A stretch of 64,000 nt of DNA from an uncultured cyanobacterium (GCA_963710605.1 CAVQBA010000004.1:192001-256000), one strand, 5' to 3'; shown: positions 52,555-63,384, counted from the stretch's first letter. Translations and numbers: made by a program. The notes: a model not told the origin generated them from the letters alone.

Positions 52555-53793
52555 ATGGGCTGGGATTTAAAATTTTGGTTAACTAAAATTAGAAATTGGC
52601 TTCCGAAGGCACAAAATCAATTACAAGTTAAAGCAACTGAATTAGAAGCTCAAGTCAATAAAGAAAGTCTCAATCCTCTTCCTTATTCACAACTAGACAA
52701 TCTCAATCAAAAAATTGCACTTTTACCAATTCCGCCAATTTATTTAGAGTTAATCAGTTCTAAAATATCGGAGACGATCGAACGTTGGCAAGAAAACGAT
52801 AATGCACCTAATAGTTTAGTCATTTTAGGTAGCCCGAACGAATCTTTTGAACAAATATTTACCGAAGTTTTAGACAATTGGCAACAAGAAAAATCTTTAC
52901 AGCTACAATCTTTTGGCTGGCACAATCGCCCCGATAAGCATAGTCAAATAAAATCTGAGTTTATAAGCGAAATAGAAAAACTACAACACCAAGAAGAAGA
53001 AGAAAAATCTAATTCATTTAAAGCGATCGCTATTCCCGATTTAAGTAAATGTTTTTTGCGGTGTGTTGATGGTTTAGATACGATCGAATATTTAGAAGAA
53101 TTGTTATTTAAAGATCGATCGCAATTTTGGTTAATCGGTTGCAATACTTGGGCGTGGAAATATTTAGATGTTGTTTGTCATGTGAGTGACTATTTCACAC
53201 AAACACTTTTTTTACCTGAATTAAAAGATTTTGAAATCAAACAATGGTTGAATCCTGTCACCAAAACGATCGATTTTGAATATAACTATGAATCAAATGA
53301 ATCGGATGAATCAGATGAAGAGCAAGATTCTGATAATTGGGATTCTCCCTTAGAAAAAAGCTATTTTGAAGACTTAGCTCGAATTTCCCTTGGTTTAGGT
53401 CCTGTTGCCTCTAGATTATGGTTATTATCTTTCGGTACGGAAAAAGAAGATGAGGAAGATGAAGCCGAATCAACATCAAATAACGATCGCTCGCAATCAA
53501 CTGCAGTGATTTCTCAACGTGTTTTTTTACAAAAGGCGACTTTTCCTAATTTACCAACACTGAGCCAAAATGAACGTTATTTGTTATTTTCTTTGTGTAT
53601 TCATCAGCAAATGACTTTGTCTCAATTAGCTTTAAGTTTGGGTGAAACTAAAATGAGGGTACAAAATCAAGTCCAAAATTTATCCACTCTCGGTATTGTC
53701 GAGAAAAAACAGCAAGTATTAACGATTAATCCCGCTCATTACCCACAACTAAAAAGAGATTTGACTAATAATAATTTTCTGATTGCAGGATAA
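52555..53793 (+). CDS. hypothetical protein, degenerate P-loop-like domain plus C-terminal winged helix
   Basis: LVILGSP..., IAIPDLSKCFLR, LCIHQQMTLSQLALSLG...LSTLGIV. Confidence 0.65.
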   Translation: MGWDLKFWLTKIRNWLPKAQNQLQVKATELEAQVNKESLNPLPYSQLDNLNQKIALLPIPPIYLELISSKISETIERWQENDNAPNSLVILGSPNESFEQIFTEVLDNWQQEKSLQLQSFGWHNRPDKHSQIKSEFISEIEKLQHQEEEEKSNSFKAIAIPDLSKCFLRCVDGLDTIEYLEELLFKDRSQFWLIGCNTWAWKYLDVVCHVSDYFTQTLFLPELKDFEIKQWLNPVTKTIDFEYNYESNESDESDEEQDSDNWDSPLEKSYFEDLARISLGLGPVASRLWLLSFGTEKEDEEDEAESTSNNDRSQSTAVISQRVFLQKATFPNLPTLSQNERYLLFSLCIHQQMTLSQLALSLGETKMRVQNQVQNLSTLGIVEKKQQVLTINPAHYPQLKRDLTNNNFLIAG

Positions 53794-53802
53794 AAACGAA
53801 TA

Positions 53803-54714
53803 ATGTTGAATATGGCTAACTATTTGACCACAAAATTTATATTTTCGCTCTATTTTTTTGCTCAAACTGCTCAAACTGCTCAAGATGAAAAGAAAAATCT
53901 TGAGAAAGCAACCGAACTTATCGCCAAAATTACCACATATAAAATAGTTAAAGGGTTAATTATTCTCATTATCGTTTATATTGGATTGTGGGCACTCGAT
54001 AAGTTAATTAATTGGTTATCAGAAAAAGTACCTTTAAAATTTCGCCTTAAAATTAAACAATCCTTACCTTTTTTGCGTGCTTTTGTCGTTGGGTTGGCAC
54101 TAGTAATATTACTCAATTTATATTTGAATTTATCTCCAAATAATTTACTGACTGTAACTGGTACGGTTGCTGTAGCATTAGGGTTTGCCTTTAAAGATTA
54201 TGCTAGCTCATTAATTGCAGGTATTATTGCTTTATTTGAATCTCCTTATCAAGTAGGCGATCGAGTTAAAATAGCAGGTTATTATGGTGAAATCACTAAT
54301 TATGGCTTAAGAGGAATTTTAATCCAAACTCCTAGTGATAATCTCGTCACAATTCCCCATAATAAAATTTGGACAGAAGCGATTTCTAATGCCAATAAAG
54401 GTGATGTGGAAGCCCAAACAGTCGTTAATTTTTATCTAGCACATCAAGTTGATGTCGATCGAGTTACAAATATTTTGTATAAAGTAGCTTACACGAGTAA
54501 ATATACTCAACTTAGTTTACCTGTATTAATCGTAATGGCAGAAAAACCTTGGGGAAGCCATTTCAAACTAAAATGTTACCCAATAGATGCTAGAGATGAA
54601 TTTATTTATCAGACAGATTTAACGAAAAGGGCAAAACAAGCATTTGCTCAATATGATATTTCTTATCCTGTTTCACCCATGCTAGGTGAGTCATCACCAC
54701 AATTATTGGATTAG
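53803..54714 (+). CDS. small-conductance mechanosensitive channel (MscS family)
   Basis: ALGFAFKD..SLIAG, PYQVGDRVKI..YYGEI...GLR, VTIPHN. Confidence 0.9.
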   Translation: MLNMANYLTTKFIFSLYFFAQTAQTAQDEKKNLEKATELIAKITTYKIVKGLIILIIVYIGLWALDKLINWLSEKVPLKFRLKIKQSLPFLRAFVVGLALVILLNLYLNLSPNNLLTVTGTVAVALGFAFKDYASSLIAGIIALFESPYQVGDRVKIAGYYGEITNYGLRGILIQTPSDNLVTIPHNKIWTEAISNANKGDVEAQTVVNFYLAHQVDVDRVTNILYKVAYTSKYTQLSLPVLIVMAEKPWGSHFKLKCYPIDARDEFIYQTDLTKRAKQAFAQYDISYPVSPMLGESSPQLLD

Positions 54715-54862
54715 TCAAAACCAATATTTTAAGTTAGTTATACAGCTAACAAATGTTTTTAGCATTTAATAGGATTATGAGTCTATTTTAACTAATTCAC
54801 CAGAACTTACTGATTTTAGATTACGATTTTTAATCGGAAAATGAGTTTGTAGGAGGCGATTT

Positions 54863-55186
54863 TTATAAATTTAACAAAGCTTCTTCTTGATGAGTGATAA
54901 CCGTGCAATCAGAAGTTACCAAAGTTCGACAAGTCAAGATAAATCCTGCGTCTTCTTCATTCGGTTGCAAAAAATCATGATCGTGAATAACATTGCCTTT
55001 AACTAGTTTTGCTGTACAAGTAACACAAACTCCTGCATTACAAGACGAAGGTAAACTAATACCATAATTTGTTGCCGCATCATTAATGTATTCATTCTCT
55101 CTGACTTGAATCGTTTTTTGCTGGTTATCAGGTTGAATTAATGTGACAACATTGTAACTTTTATCGTTTACTAATCTATTATTCAT
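54863..55186 (-). CDS. plant-type-like [2Fe-2S] ferredoxin (minor paralog)
   Basis: LPSSCNAGVCVTC...ILTC. Confidence 0.88.
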   Translation of the reverse strand: MNNRLVNDKSYNVVTLIQPDNQQKTIQVRENEYINDAATNYGISLPSSCNAGVCVTCTAKLVKGNVIHDHDFLQPNEEDAGFILTCRTLVTSDCTVITHQEEALLNL

Positions 55187-56161
55187 AGTTTGAGTAGTAT
55201 TTTATGTTAATTTTTGCTCGATCGATCTATTCGTTTATAACTTTATTAAATGATTAAATCAGCAATTTATCAGGTTTTTTTATTTGTTTTGAAATCGGCA
55301 ATTATCTGCTAAATAATTATTACTATTTAGCTAATGACAATGTACAGTTATTTAGAGTTTTCATTAGTCAGATTATATTTTATTCAACTAATAAATAAGT
55401 TTTAACAATTAAAAATTACTGGTTAGCCTAATCAATCTTTGATCTATTTATCTTAAACTTTCTGATTAATTCTACTAATAAAAATTATTTTTTCTTAATA
55501 TTATTATTAGTTTTACCCATAATCAAATCTAATTTAATCTGTAGTTATCGTAACAGAAAAGAGATTTATCTGTCATCATTTATTAACTTTTTGTCTTCTT
55601 AATTAAGTCAAACTAATGAAACTATATTGGCTCAAGCTGTATTTAAACGACGGAAAATATTCGATATTAGTTATTTAAAAACTTAGTCTTGTTTGAACTC
55701 AAATAGTTTGCTGTAGCGAGAATTAGAAACTTTGAGTCTTTTTGAGTAACATCAATAATTAGCTAACCAAATTCAGATTAGAGTGATTATATCTTTGTCT
55801 CAATCGTCAAACTGATTTAATCTATTCTTGCGAATATTAAGTTTACTTATTTTTGAAATATTTTTAATAAGTTTAAATTAATTATCTAACTCATCTTAAG
55901 TGAATCAAGGATGTGTGAATGTATATTTCAGATTGAATAAATAATTTTGATTATTTTCTTTAATCGGTTATCCACAGAGAATAATCAATCACTGAATTAT
56001 TGATAATTATTAGTAGAGATTATTAATTATTGATTATCAAATATAGTAATTAAACAGATGCGTGTTAGTTGTTGGGCTTCGCTTTTTGTGATGTATTGTT
56101 TGTCTCTAGCTTTACTTTTTTAAGACTTAACCATCCCGACTAATAATATTACCTAAAAAAC

Positions 56162-56205
56162 AAGTACGATCGTATTTATCATGAATATAAACAACGATCG
56201 TACTT
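56162..56205. terminator. hairpin downstream of the ABC1 kinase gene, stem built on CGATCG
   Basis: aagtacgatcgt ... acgatcgtactt inverted repeat. Confidence 0.5.
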
Positions 56206-56248
56206 TAGATTAAAACTATTTAATTAAAATGAAGAAATTAATCAAAGA

Positions 56249-58321
56249 CTAAATTCTACTTGCCCCAATAGGAATTTGTCGATTAGAAGCAGGAATTTGT
56301 CTTGGTGGTATCGGAGTTTGCTTGGGCTTAGGCATCTTGTTGTTAGACTCTAATAACCAAGTACGGATAAATCTTGCGGTTGCTTTTTCTGCTAAACCAT
56401 TAGCGATTTTACGACCAAATTTTTGAGTTTCACGATTTTGGACAATCTCAGTAAGCACAGGAATTAGTTTCCAAGGATCATAACCTTCTGTTTCTTGGAG
56501 TATTTGTAAGATATTATTCAAGTGATGCCATGTATCAGAATTAGCAGTTGTGGTCACTTTTCCATTAACATTATAAGCGATCGCAGTAGATGGTGGTATT
56601 TTTAAACCAAGAGTTTTCCTGACATTATAAGAAACATTTAACCAAGTATCTTGACCAAATTGATCTAAAGAATTAACTATCTCATCAGCTAATCTTTCTC
56701 TAATAAAAACACCTTTTTCCGAGAGTAAGAAATTTAATCCTTGATTAATAACGGTATCAAAATTATACTCAGGTGAATTTTTAGCATTACGTAATAAGTT
56801 TTCCAGACGATTCCAACGGAAACTACCATCTTTAAAGAGTAAGTCTTTTAACGAATTACGCAACTCAACAGAGGAATCAGTTAATAATCTTTTCGACACA
56901 TAAGGATAAGCCTTACTCAATACTTTAAAATTAGGATCGATATTGATCGCAATACCTTCTAATGTCACCATCGATCGAATAATTAAAGCATAATAAGCAG
57001 GTACACGGAAAGGAAACTCATACATCATCGCCGACATTTCATCGGTAATCTTTTTGAAGTTTAATTCAGCTACACTAGCACCCAAAGCATTATTAAAAAC
57101 ATTCGCTAAGGCTGGTATAATCGGTCTTAAATCAGTGTCAGGAGTCAAAAAGTCTAATTTGATATAATCTTGAGCTAACAGTTCAAAATCACGATTAACG
57201 AGGTGAACGATCGCTTCAATTAAACCATAACGCTGATAAGGTTTAATATTACTCATCATGCCAAAATCGAGATAAGCTAGTCTGCCATCAGCCATCGCTA
57301 ATAAATTACCAGGGTGAGGATCAGCATGGAAGAACCCATGTTCTAGTAATTGTCTTAAAGAACATTGTACACCGACTTCAACTAAATGAGTTGCATCAAT
57401 ACCTTGTGCTTCAATTCTTTTAATATCAGTAAGTTTTGTCCCAGTAATCCATTCCATGGTTAAAACTCTTCTACCTGTATATTCCCAGTGAATAGCAGGA
57501 ACATAAATTTCAGGTATATGACCATATAAATCTTTAAATTTATCAGCGTTTCTACCTTCTTGGAAATAATTCATTTCCTCAAACACTCTTTCTGCTAACT
57601 CATCAGTGATAGCAACTAAATCAGAGCGAATTTTTTTGAAATTATCTCTTACCCATAATGCGATCGTACGTAAAATATAAATATCAAGAGTAATACGTTT
57701 AACTAAATCAGGGCGTTGTACTTTGATAGCTACATCTTCACCTGTTTTTAATTTACCTTTATATACTTGCCCTAAAGATGCGGCGGCAATTGGTTCGGGT
57801 GTAATTTCCGCATAAATTTCCCTAGGCGGTGCCCCTAATTCTTCTTCAATAAATCGATAAGCTATTTCATTAGGAAAAGGTGGTAATTTATCTTGCAATT
57901 GAGTTAATTCTTGCAGATACATTGGTGAGACTAAATCAGGACGTGTTGATAATGCTTGACCAATTTTAATATAGGCAGGACCTAGTTTAGTTAAAATTTT
58001 TCTAAGTTTGATTGCTCTTTTTAACTCATTTTTAGCAGAATTTCCCCATAGTGAATCCCACCAACTGGCAAACATAAATAAACCGAAAGGTAAACCAATA
58101 CTAATTAAACGTCCTAATACTTGAAATGGTTTTCCTTTGTAACGCTCCATGATAGCTGTAGCATCATAACGCCAATTTTCTGGTGACATCTCAGTCGTCG
58201 GGCTTAAATCTTGTTGTTTGGCAGGTATGACAACAGTTTGAGTTGGCGAAGTATCTACCACTACTTCTTCTGGTACTTCTACACGATCGATTTTATCAGT
58301 GGCGTTAATGATTGGAGTCAT
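56249..58321 (-). CDS. ABC1/AarF/UbiB family atypical kinase
   Basis: IKIGQALSTRPD, AAASLGQVY, VAIKVQRP, HADPHPGN, DFGM. Confidence 0.93.
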   Translation of the reverse strand: MTPIINATDKIDRVEVPEEVVVDTSPTQTVVIPAKQQDLSPTTEMSPENWRYDATAIMERYKGKPFQVLGRLISIGLPFGLFMFASWWDSLWGNSAKNELKRAIKLRKILTKLGPAYIKIGQALSTRPDLVSPMYLQELTQLQDKLPPFPNEIAYRFIEEELGAPPREIYAEITPEPIAAASLGQVYKGKLKTGEDVAIKVQRPDLVKRITLDIYILRTIALWVRDNFKKIRSDLVAITDELAERVFEEMNYFQEGRNADKFKDLYGHIPEIYVPAIHWEYTGRRVLTMEWITGTKLTDIKRIEAQGIDATHLVEVGVQCSLRQLLEHGFFHADPHPGNLLAMADGRLAYLDFGMMSNIKPYQRYGLIEAIVHLVNRDFELLAQDYIKLDFLTPDTDLRPIIPALANVFNNALGASVAELNFKKITDEMSAMMYEFPFRVPAYYALIIRSMVTLEGIAINIDPNFKVLSKAYPYVSKRLLTDSSVELRNSLKDLLFKDGSFRWNRLENLLRNAKNSPEYNFDTVINQGLNFLLSEKGVFIRERLADEIVNSLDQFGQDTWLNVSYNVRKTLGLKIPPSTAIAYNVNGKVTTTANSDTWHHLNNILQILQETEGYDPWKLIPVLTEIVQNRETQKFGRKIANGLAEKATARFIRTWLLESNNKMPKPKQTPIPPRQIPASNRQIPIGASRI

Positions 58322-58630
58322 GGAAATTATTGCTATTAAAAATTGATCAAGAATAATATAATTTGTTTAAATCTCGAATTTTGTTGGTAGTGATGAGTAA
58401 CCACTCAATTTGATTCAATCATTAAGAAAATCTATTATTATTAACTATTGTAACAATAACTTAATAATCTTACAGTATTTTTCAATTTCAATAGTCGAGA
58501 TTAAATAGTTAAACTAAAAAAAGTCACCGAATTAGGTTTTAAGAATTAGGGATTAGCCGAAGTATTCTCAATTCTTTTGTTATCTGTTATCTTTTCACTG
58601 CTCACTATTTACTCTAGACACTGTTGATGA

Positions 58631-61600
58631 ATGTCGAACGATAAAAGTAATCCAATTTTTAGTATTAGTAGTCTTGCTATTCGTCGGCATATTGCCACGA
58701 TAATGTTAACCTTAGCCGTTATTTTTGTCGGCGTATTTTTTCTTTCCACAATCAAAGTCGATTTATTACCTGAAATTGTTTACCCTCGAATTGGAGTTAG
58801 AGTTTCTACTAATGGAATTGCCCCAGAAATTGCTTTACAAGAAATTACCCGTCCTTTAGAAGAAGCAATGTCAGCAGTAGAAGGAGTGGAATTAATTTAT
58901 TCTCGTACAGGAGAAACAGGGGTAAGAGTTGATTTGTTTTTTGAAGTCGGTGGCAGTATCGATCAATCTTTTAATAATGCTACGACTGCTCTAAACCAGA
59001 CTAGGAGTAGATTACCTAATAATATAAATAATCCTCGTTTGTTCAAATTTGACCCATCTGATTCACCTATTTATGAATTTGCTGTTACCTCCTCGCTTCG
59101 AGATGAAGTTGATTTGAGGGTTTTTACCCAAACCGAAATAGCTAGAGAATTATCAATCATACCAGGGGTAGCAACTGTTGATGTTGCAGGAGGAGTAGAA
59201 GAAGAAGTACAAATTCAAATTGATTTGAATCGTTTACAGGTTTTGGGTATTGGTTTAAATGAAGTATTAAATGAAATTGATAATATCAATCGAGATATTG
59301 CAGGGGGGCGTTTATTAGCTGAAAATGATGAGCCTTTAACTAGGGTTGTGGGTAAATTTCAAGATGTAGAAGATTTATACAATCTCTCTTTTGCGATACC
59401 AAATTCGACTAATAGAGTTTATTTAACTGAATTTGCTGAGGTAATTGATGGCAGAGAAAGACAACGAGTTTTAGTTTATCTCAATGGCACACCTGCGGTT
59501 AAGGTGACGATTCAAAAACAACCTTCTGCAAATACCATTGAAGTGGTTGAGTCAGTGAAAACAAAACTACAGCAATTACAAACTGGTAATGTCATTCCTG
59601 AAGATATTAGTGTTTTAGCTACTAGTGATGAATCTATTTTTATTCGTAATTCGATCGATAACGTTATTTTTTCAGGTTTAGTCGGTACTACTTTAGCGGC
59701 GATCGCTGTATTATTGTTTTTAGGCTCTTTACGTCAGACTCTCATCATTGTCATTTCTATTCCTTTAGCTACTTTAGCGGCTGTGATAATGATGAAAATT
59801 AGTGGTTTTTCTTTGAATGTTTTTAGTTTAGGTGGATTAGCTTTAGGTGTCGGTATTGTAGTTGATAATTCGATCGTGATGTTAGAAACTATGGTAGAAG
59901 ATATTGAACAAAATCCTCAACATTCTCCTCGCCAAATTATCGATAGTTGTATTAATAGTGCCAAAAAAGTTGAATCTGCTTTAATTGCTTCTACTAGCAC
60001 TAATTTAGTTGTCGTCTTACCTTTTTTGATGATTGGCGGTTTGATTTCGCTTTTGTTTCGAGAATTAATTTTAACTATCAGTTTTGCGGTGGGGGCTTCT
60101 ATTTTAGTTGCCATAACGATCGTACCGATGTTAACATCTCGATTATTGGCAATTCGTTTTTCTAGTAATTTAAACAAGTTTTTTTTACTTAAGTGGTTTA
60201 ACCAAGGTTTTCAACTTGTCAATCGGATTTACGGTAAAATTTTAGGATTTTTACTCAAAATACGTTTATTTTTTGTGGTTGCTATCTTTATCATTTTAGG
60301 TACAACTAGTTATGACTTGTTTGAGCAATTACCCCAAGAAATATTACCTAGAATCAATACAGGGCAAGTTAGATTATTTGCTTCTTTCCCGCCTCAAACT
60401 ACCTTGGCGACAAATAATCGAGTGATGGAAATGGTTGATAATATTTTGTTACAACAACCAGAAACTGCTTCTGCTTTTACTACCTCTGGAGGTTTTCTTT
60501 TTTCTAATAATACCGCTGAAAATGTATTAAGAGGCTCAAGTAATATAACTCTCAAACCGAATACTGATATTGAAGCTTATATCACCAAAGTAAAAGCACA
60601 ATTAGATGAGCTAAATTTAGTCGATATTCGTTTAAATCTTTTCCCTGGTAGAGTCAGAGGTTTGAATTTAAGTAATTCTCCTGTTAGGGCAGATGTCGAT
60701 GTCATTTTACAAAGTGATGACCAAGATTTACTTGAAGCTACAGGTAGAAATATAGTCAACATTCTTGATGAAGAAGCTACTTTAGTTAATTTTCGCCCTG
60801 ATTCCGATCGTCGTCAACCTGAAGTAATCATTACTCCTGATTTAATCAGACTTGCTGATTATGATTTAGATATTACTGATATTACCGCCTCACTTCGTAC
60901 TACTGTCAGTGGCTCGGTAGTTTCTCAGTTACAAAGAGGAGAAAGGTTAGTCAATATCAGAGTAGAATTAGATCCAACGCAAATTACTAACATTGATACA
61001 TTACTTGAAATACCTATTTTTACTAACGATAATAGCTTAATCCGTTTAGGTGAAATCGCTTCTATTGCTTATGGTGAAGCACCTAGTCAAATTACAAGAA
61101 TTAATCAACGTCAAATTTTGATTATTACAGGTAGTTTAGAAGAAAATGTTAAACTGACTCCTGCTTTGACCGAAGTTGAAGAAATATTACAAGCGGTTGA
61201 CATTCCTGAAGGAGTCCGAATTTTACCAAGCATCGCCAAAGAAAGTAACGACAAATTACAAGCATCTTTACCTATCCTCGGTGGATTAGCGGCTTTTTTA
61301 GTTTTCGTGGTGATGGCGGTACAGTATAATTCTTTAATTGATCCTTTAGTGATTATGTTTACCTTACCTTTAGCTTTATCTGGGGGTATTGTTGGTTTAT
61401 CTGTCACCGAAACACCGATTGGGGCGACGGTAATTGTTGGGGTAGTTTTATTAGTCGGGATTGTAGTTAATAATGCGATCGTGATGGTAGAATTAGCTAA
61501 TCAAATTTATCAAGCACAAATAATCGATCGAGAAATTAAAAAGCCGAGTCGTCATCAAGCTATCATTCAAGCCGCTCAAAATCGTTTACGCCCCATTTTA

Positions 61601-61777
61601 ATGACGACAATCACCACAGTTTTGGGGATGTATCCTTTGGCTTTAGGTATCGGTGAGGGAAGCGAATTTTTACAACCTTTAGGAATCGTTGTTTTTTGGG
61701 GATTGTCTTTAGCTACATTACTAACTCTATTTTTGATTCCTTGTCTTTATCTGTTACTCCATCAACCATTTAAATAA
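58631..61777 (+). CDS. RND efflux permease (AcrB/AcrD/AcrF family)
   Basis: GIVVDNSIV, GIVVNNAIV, RLRPILMTT, two large periplasmic domains. Confidence 0.93.
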   Translation: MSNDKSNPIFSISSLAIRRHIATIMLTLAVIFVGVFFLSTIKVDLLPEIVYPRIGVRVSTNGIAPEIALQEITRPLEEAMSAVEGVELIYSRTGETGVRVDLFFEVGGSIDQSFNNATTALNQTRSRLPNNINNPRLFKFDPSDSPIYEFAVTSSLRDEVDLRVFTQTEIARELSIIPGVATVDVAGGVEEEVQIQIDLNRLQVLGIGLNEVLNEIDNINRDIAGGRLLAENDEPLTRVVGKFQDVEDLYNLSFAIPNSTNRVYLTEFAEVIDGRERQRVLVYLNGTPAVKVTIQKQPSANTIEVVESVKTKLQQLQTGNVIPEDISVLATSDESIFIRNSIDNVIFSGLVGTTLAAIAVLLFLGSLRQTLIIVISIPLATLAAVIMMKISGFSLNVFSLGGLALGVGIVVDNSIVMLETMVEDIEQNPQHSPRQIIDSCINSAKKVESALIASTSTNLVVVLPFLMIGGLISLLFRELILTISFAVGASILVAITIVPMLTSRLLAIRFSSNLNKFFLLKWFNQGFQLVNRIYGKILGFLLKIRLFFVVAIFIILGTTSYDLFEQLPQEILPRINTGQVRLFASFPPQTTLATNNRVMEMVDNILLQQPETASAFTTSGGFLFSNNTAENVLRGSSNITLKPNTDIEAYITKVKAQLDELNLVDIRLNLFPGRVRGLNLSNSPVRADVDVILQSDDQDLLEATGRNIVNILDEEATLVNFRPDSDRRQPEVIITPDLIRLADYDLDITDITASLRTTVSGSVVSQLQRGERLVNIRVELDPTQITNIDTLLEIPIFTNDNSLIRLGEIASIAYGEAPSQITRINQRQILIITGSLEENVKLTPALTEVEEILQAVDIPEGVRILPSIAKESNDKLQASLPILGGLAAFLVFVVMAVQYNSLIDPLVIMFTLPLALSGGIVGLSVTETPIGATVIVGVVLLVGIVVNNAIVMVELANQIYQAQIIDREIKKPSRHQAIIQAAQNRLRPILMTTITTVLGMYPLALGIGEGSEFLQPLGIVVFWGLSLATLLTLFLIPCLYLLLHQPFK

Positions 61778-61975
61778 TCGATCTTGATTCTAATTCAGAA
61801 CGACTCGTGGTAAAATTCTCAAATTATTCAAGATTTTCCTGCCATTTCTTTCAAATATTCTTATTAGGTAGATGTTAAAAAAAATTCAGCTTTTTACTTT
61901 AACAGTTAACCGTTAAAAAATTTCTGTATAATATGTGATTAAAGTAAAAATTACATTAGTAGTACTAACGAGTTT

Positions 61976-62191
61976 ATGAATACAACCACACTAGTACCGA
62001 AAAAAATCAAATCGATAACGAATATACCACTTTCATTAAGTCAGCTTGCCCCAGATGATAATTGTTCGACTTATCCTGTGAATGGAACAGGTAAGTGTGG
62101 TCATAGCGGATGTAGCTGTCCCTCATTTGTAGATCCACCGGGAGGGTTTAATTGCAGTCGATGCGGTCATCCTATGTCGGAACATTGGTAA
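61976..62191 (+). CDS. 71-aa Cys/His-rich small protein
   Basis: C-terminal half C..CGHSGCSCPSF..CSRCGHPMSEHW; GC visibly above the flanks. Confidence 0.65.
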   Translation: MNTTTLVPKKIKSITNIPLSLSQLAPDDNCSTYPVNGTGKCGHSGCSCPSFVDPPGGFNCSRCGHPMSEHW

Positions 62192-62745
62192 CATTCTTAT
62201 TTACAACATCATATAAGTTGTTTTTTTGAAAAAAAGCTCAAATTCTCATAACAAAAACGGTAACAGCATCGTAATAGATGTAGTGAATAGAAGCGGTTTT
62301 CAGTTTAAAGCTATACGAGACTGCATTCGGTTCACTCCATCGATCGTTTTTGTACTAAGATTTAAAGCTATTTACCTAGCTCAAAAACTCAAATCGCTAT
62401 CTAGATTTATGACCTAAAATTTATGTTAGTAATTTTAATTTGGTCTATAATGTAACATTAGTCAAAATTAGAATCAAGTTGCTAGAATTATGATCGAAAG
62501 TAATCAATAAGTTCTAAGTAGAATTTGTCTTAATTTTGTTTACTTATATACTTATTCAAAAAAAAATTTAATGATAAACGATCGTTAAAAATTGAAGATT
62601 AAATTGAATCAACATGAATAGAAATAAGATTTACAACTATTTTTATTTAATTTAATTTTAATAAATATTTTATTTATCCTAAGTGAATAAGTAGTTTTGT
62701 TGTTTATTTTTATTACCCTTGAAGTAATAATTTAAGATTTAGATT

Positions 62746-63384
62746 ATGTCCATTTATACTCAGTTAGAGTCAAACAACTTTTCTCGTAAATTAATCGGTG
62801 AAATTTTAAAAGAGGCAGGTTTAATTTCTTCTCCTCAATTAGAAATCGCTTTAGATGCTCAAAGTCAAGGAAAACATTTTAGATTAGGAGAAATTTTAGT
62901 TTCTAAAGGATGGTTAAGTCAAAAAACAATTGATTTTTTAGTTGATGTTTTTTCTCTTTCTAATCTTAATAAATATCTCCACAAGCAACCGATCGGTTAT
63001 TATTTACAAGAAGCTGGATTACTAACATCCGAACAGATTAATAGTATTGTTAATGACCAAAAGAAGATCGGGATTAAATTTTGTTATTTAGCGGTTATTA
63101 AAGGTTTTTTACAACCAAAAACAGCTGATTTTTTCTTACATCACGTTGCTAAGAAGTTTTCGGTTGCTTCTACTATCAGCGACTTGGGTAATAATTGTAC
63201 TGATAAAGCTCAAACTGTTATTATTGAAGATAATCATGAGCAAAATGTTATTCAAAATGAAAATGCTCAAATAATAGAATACGATCGCGCAGCGGCAGGC
63301 GAGCCTGATCGTGATTTAACAACTGTTAATGATTTAGGGATTCAATCTAGTTCAATTTGGATCGATTTTACAGTCTCAAGTTAA
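62746..63384 (+). CDS. stand-alone MshEN-like repeat protein
   Basis: LIGEILKEAGLIS..QLEIALDAQ, RLGEILVSKGWLS, IGYYLQEAGLLT..QI. Confidence 0.7.
   Translation: MSIYTQLESNNFSRKLIGEILKEAGLISSPQLEIALDAQSQGKHFRLGEILVSKGWLSQKTIDFLVDVFSLSNLNKYLHKQPIGYYLQEAGLLTSEQINSIVNDQKKIGIKFCYLAVIKGFLQPKTADFFLHHVAKKFSVASTISDLGNNCTDKAQTVIIEDNHEQNVIQNENAQIIEYDRAAAGEPDRDLTTVNDLGIQSSSIWIDFTVSS

Noticed and set aside
55968..55976. DnaA box TTATCCACA as oriC evidence (another at 16963-16971)
   Set aside because: Single isolated boxes with no cluster and no dnaA/dnaN nearby; compatible with chance
56163..56176. LexA-box-like AGTAC sequence
   Set aside because: The second half-site does not fit; better explained as a CGATCG-containing hairpin 3' of a gene
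62226..62417. 63-aa ORF downstream of the Cys-rich peptide as a partner gene
   Set aside because: TTG start after a T run, no Shine-Dalgarno, no recognisable motif
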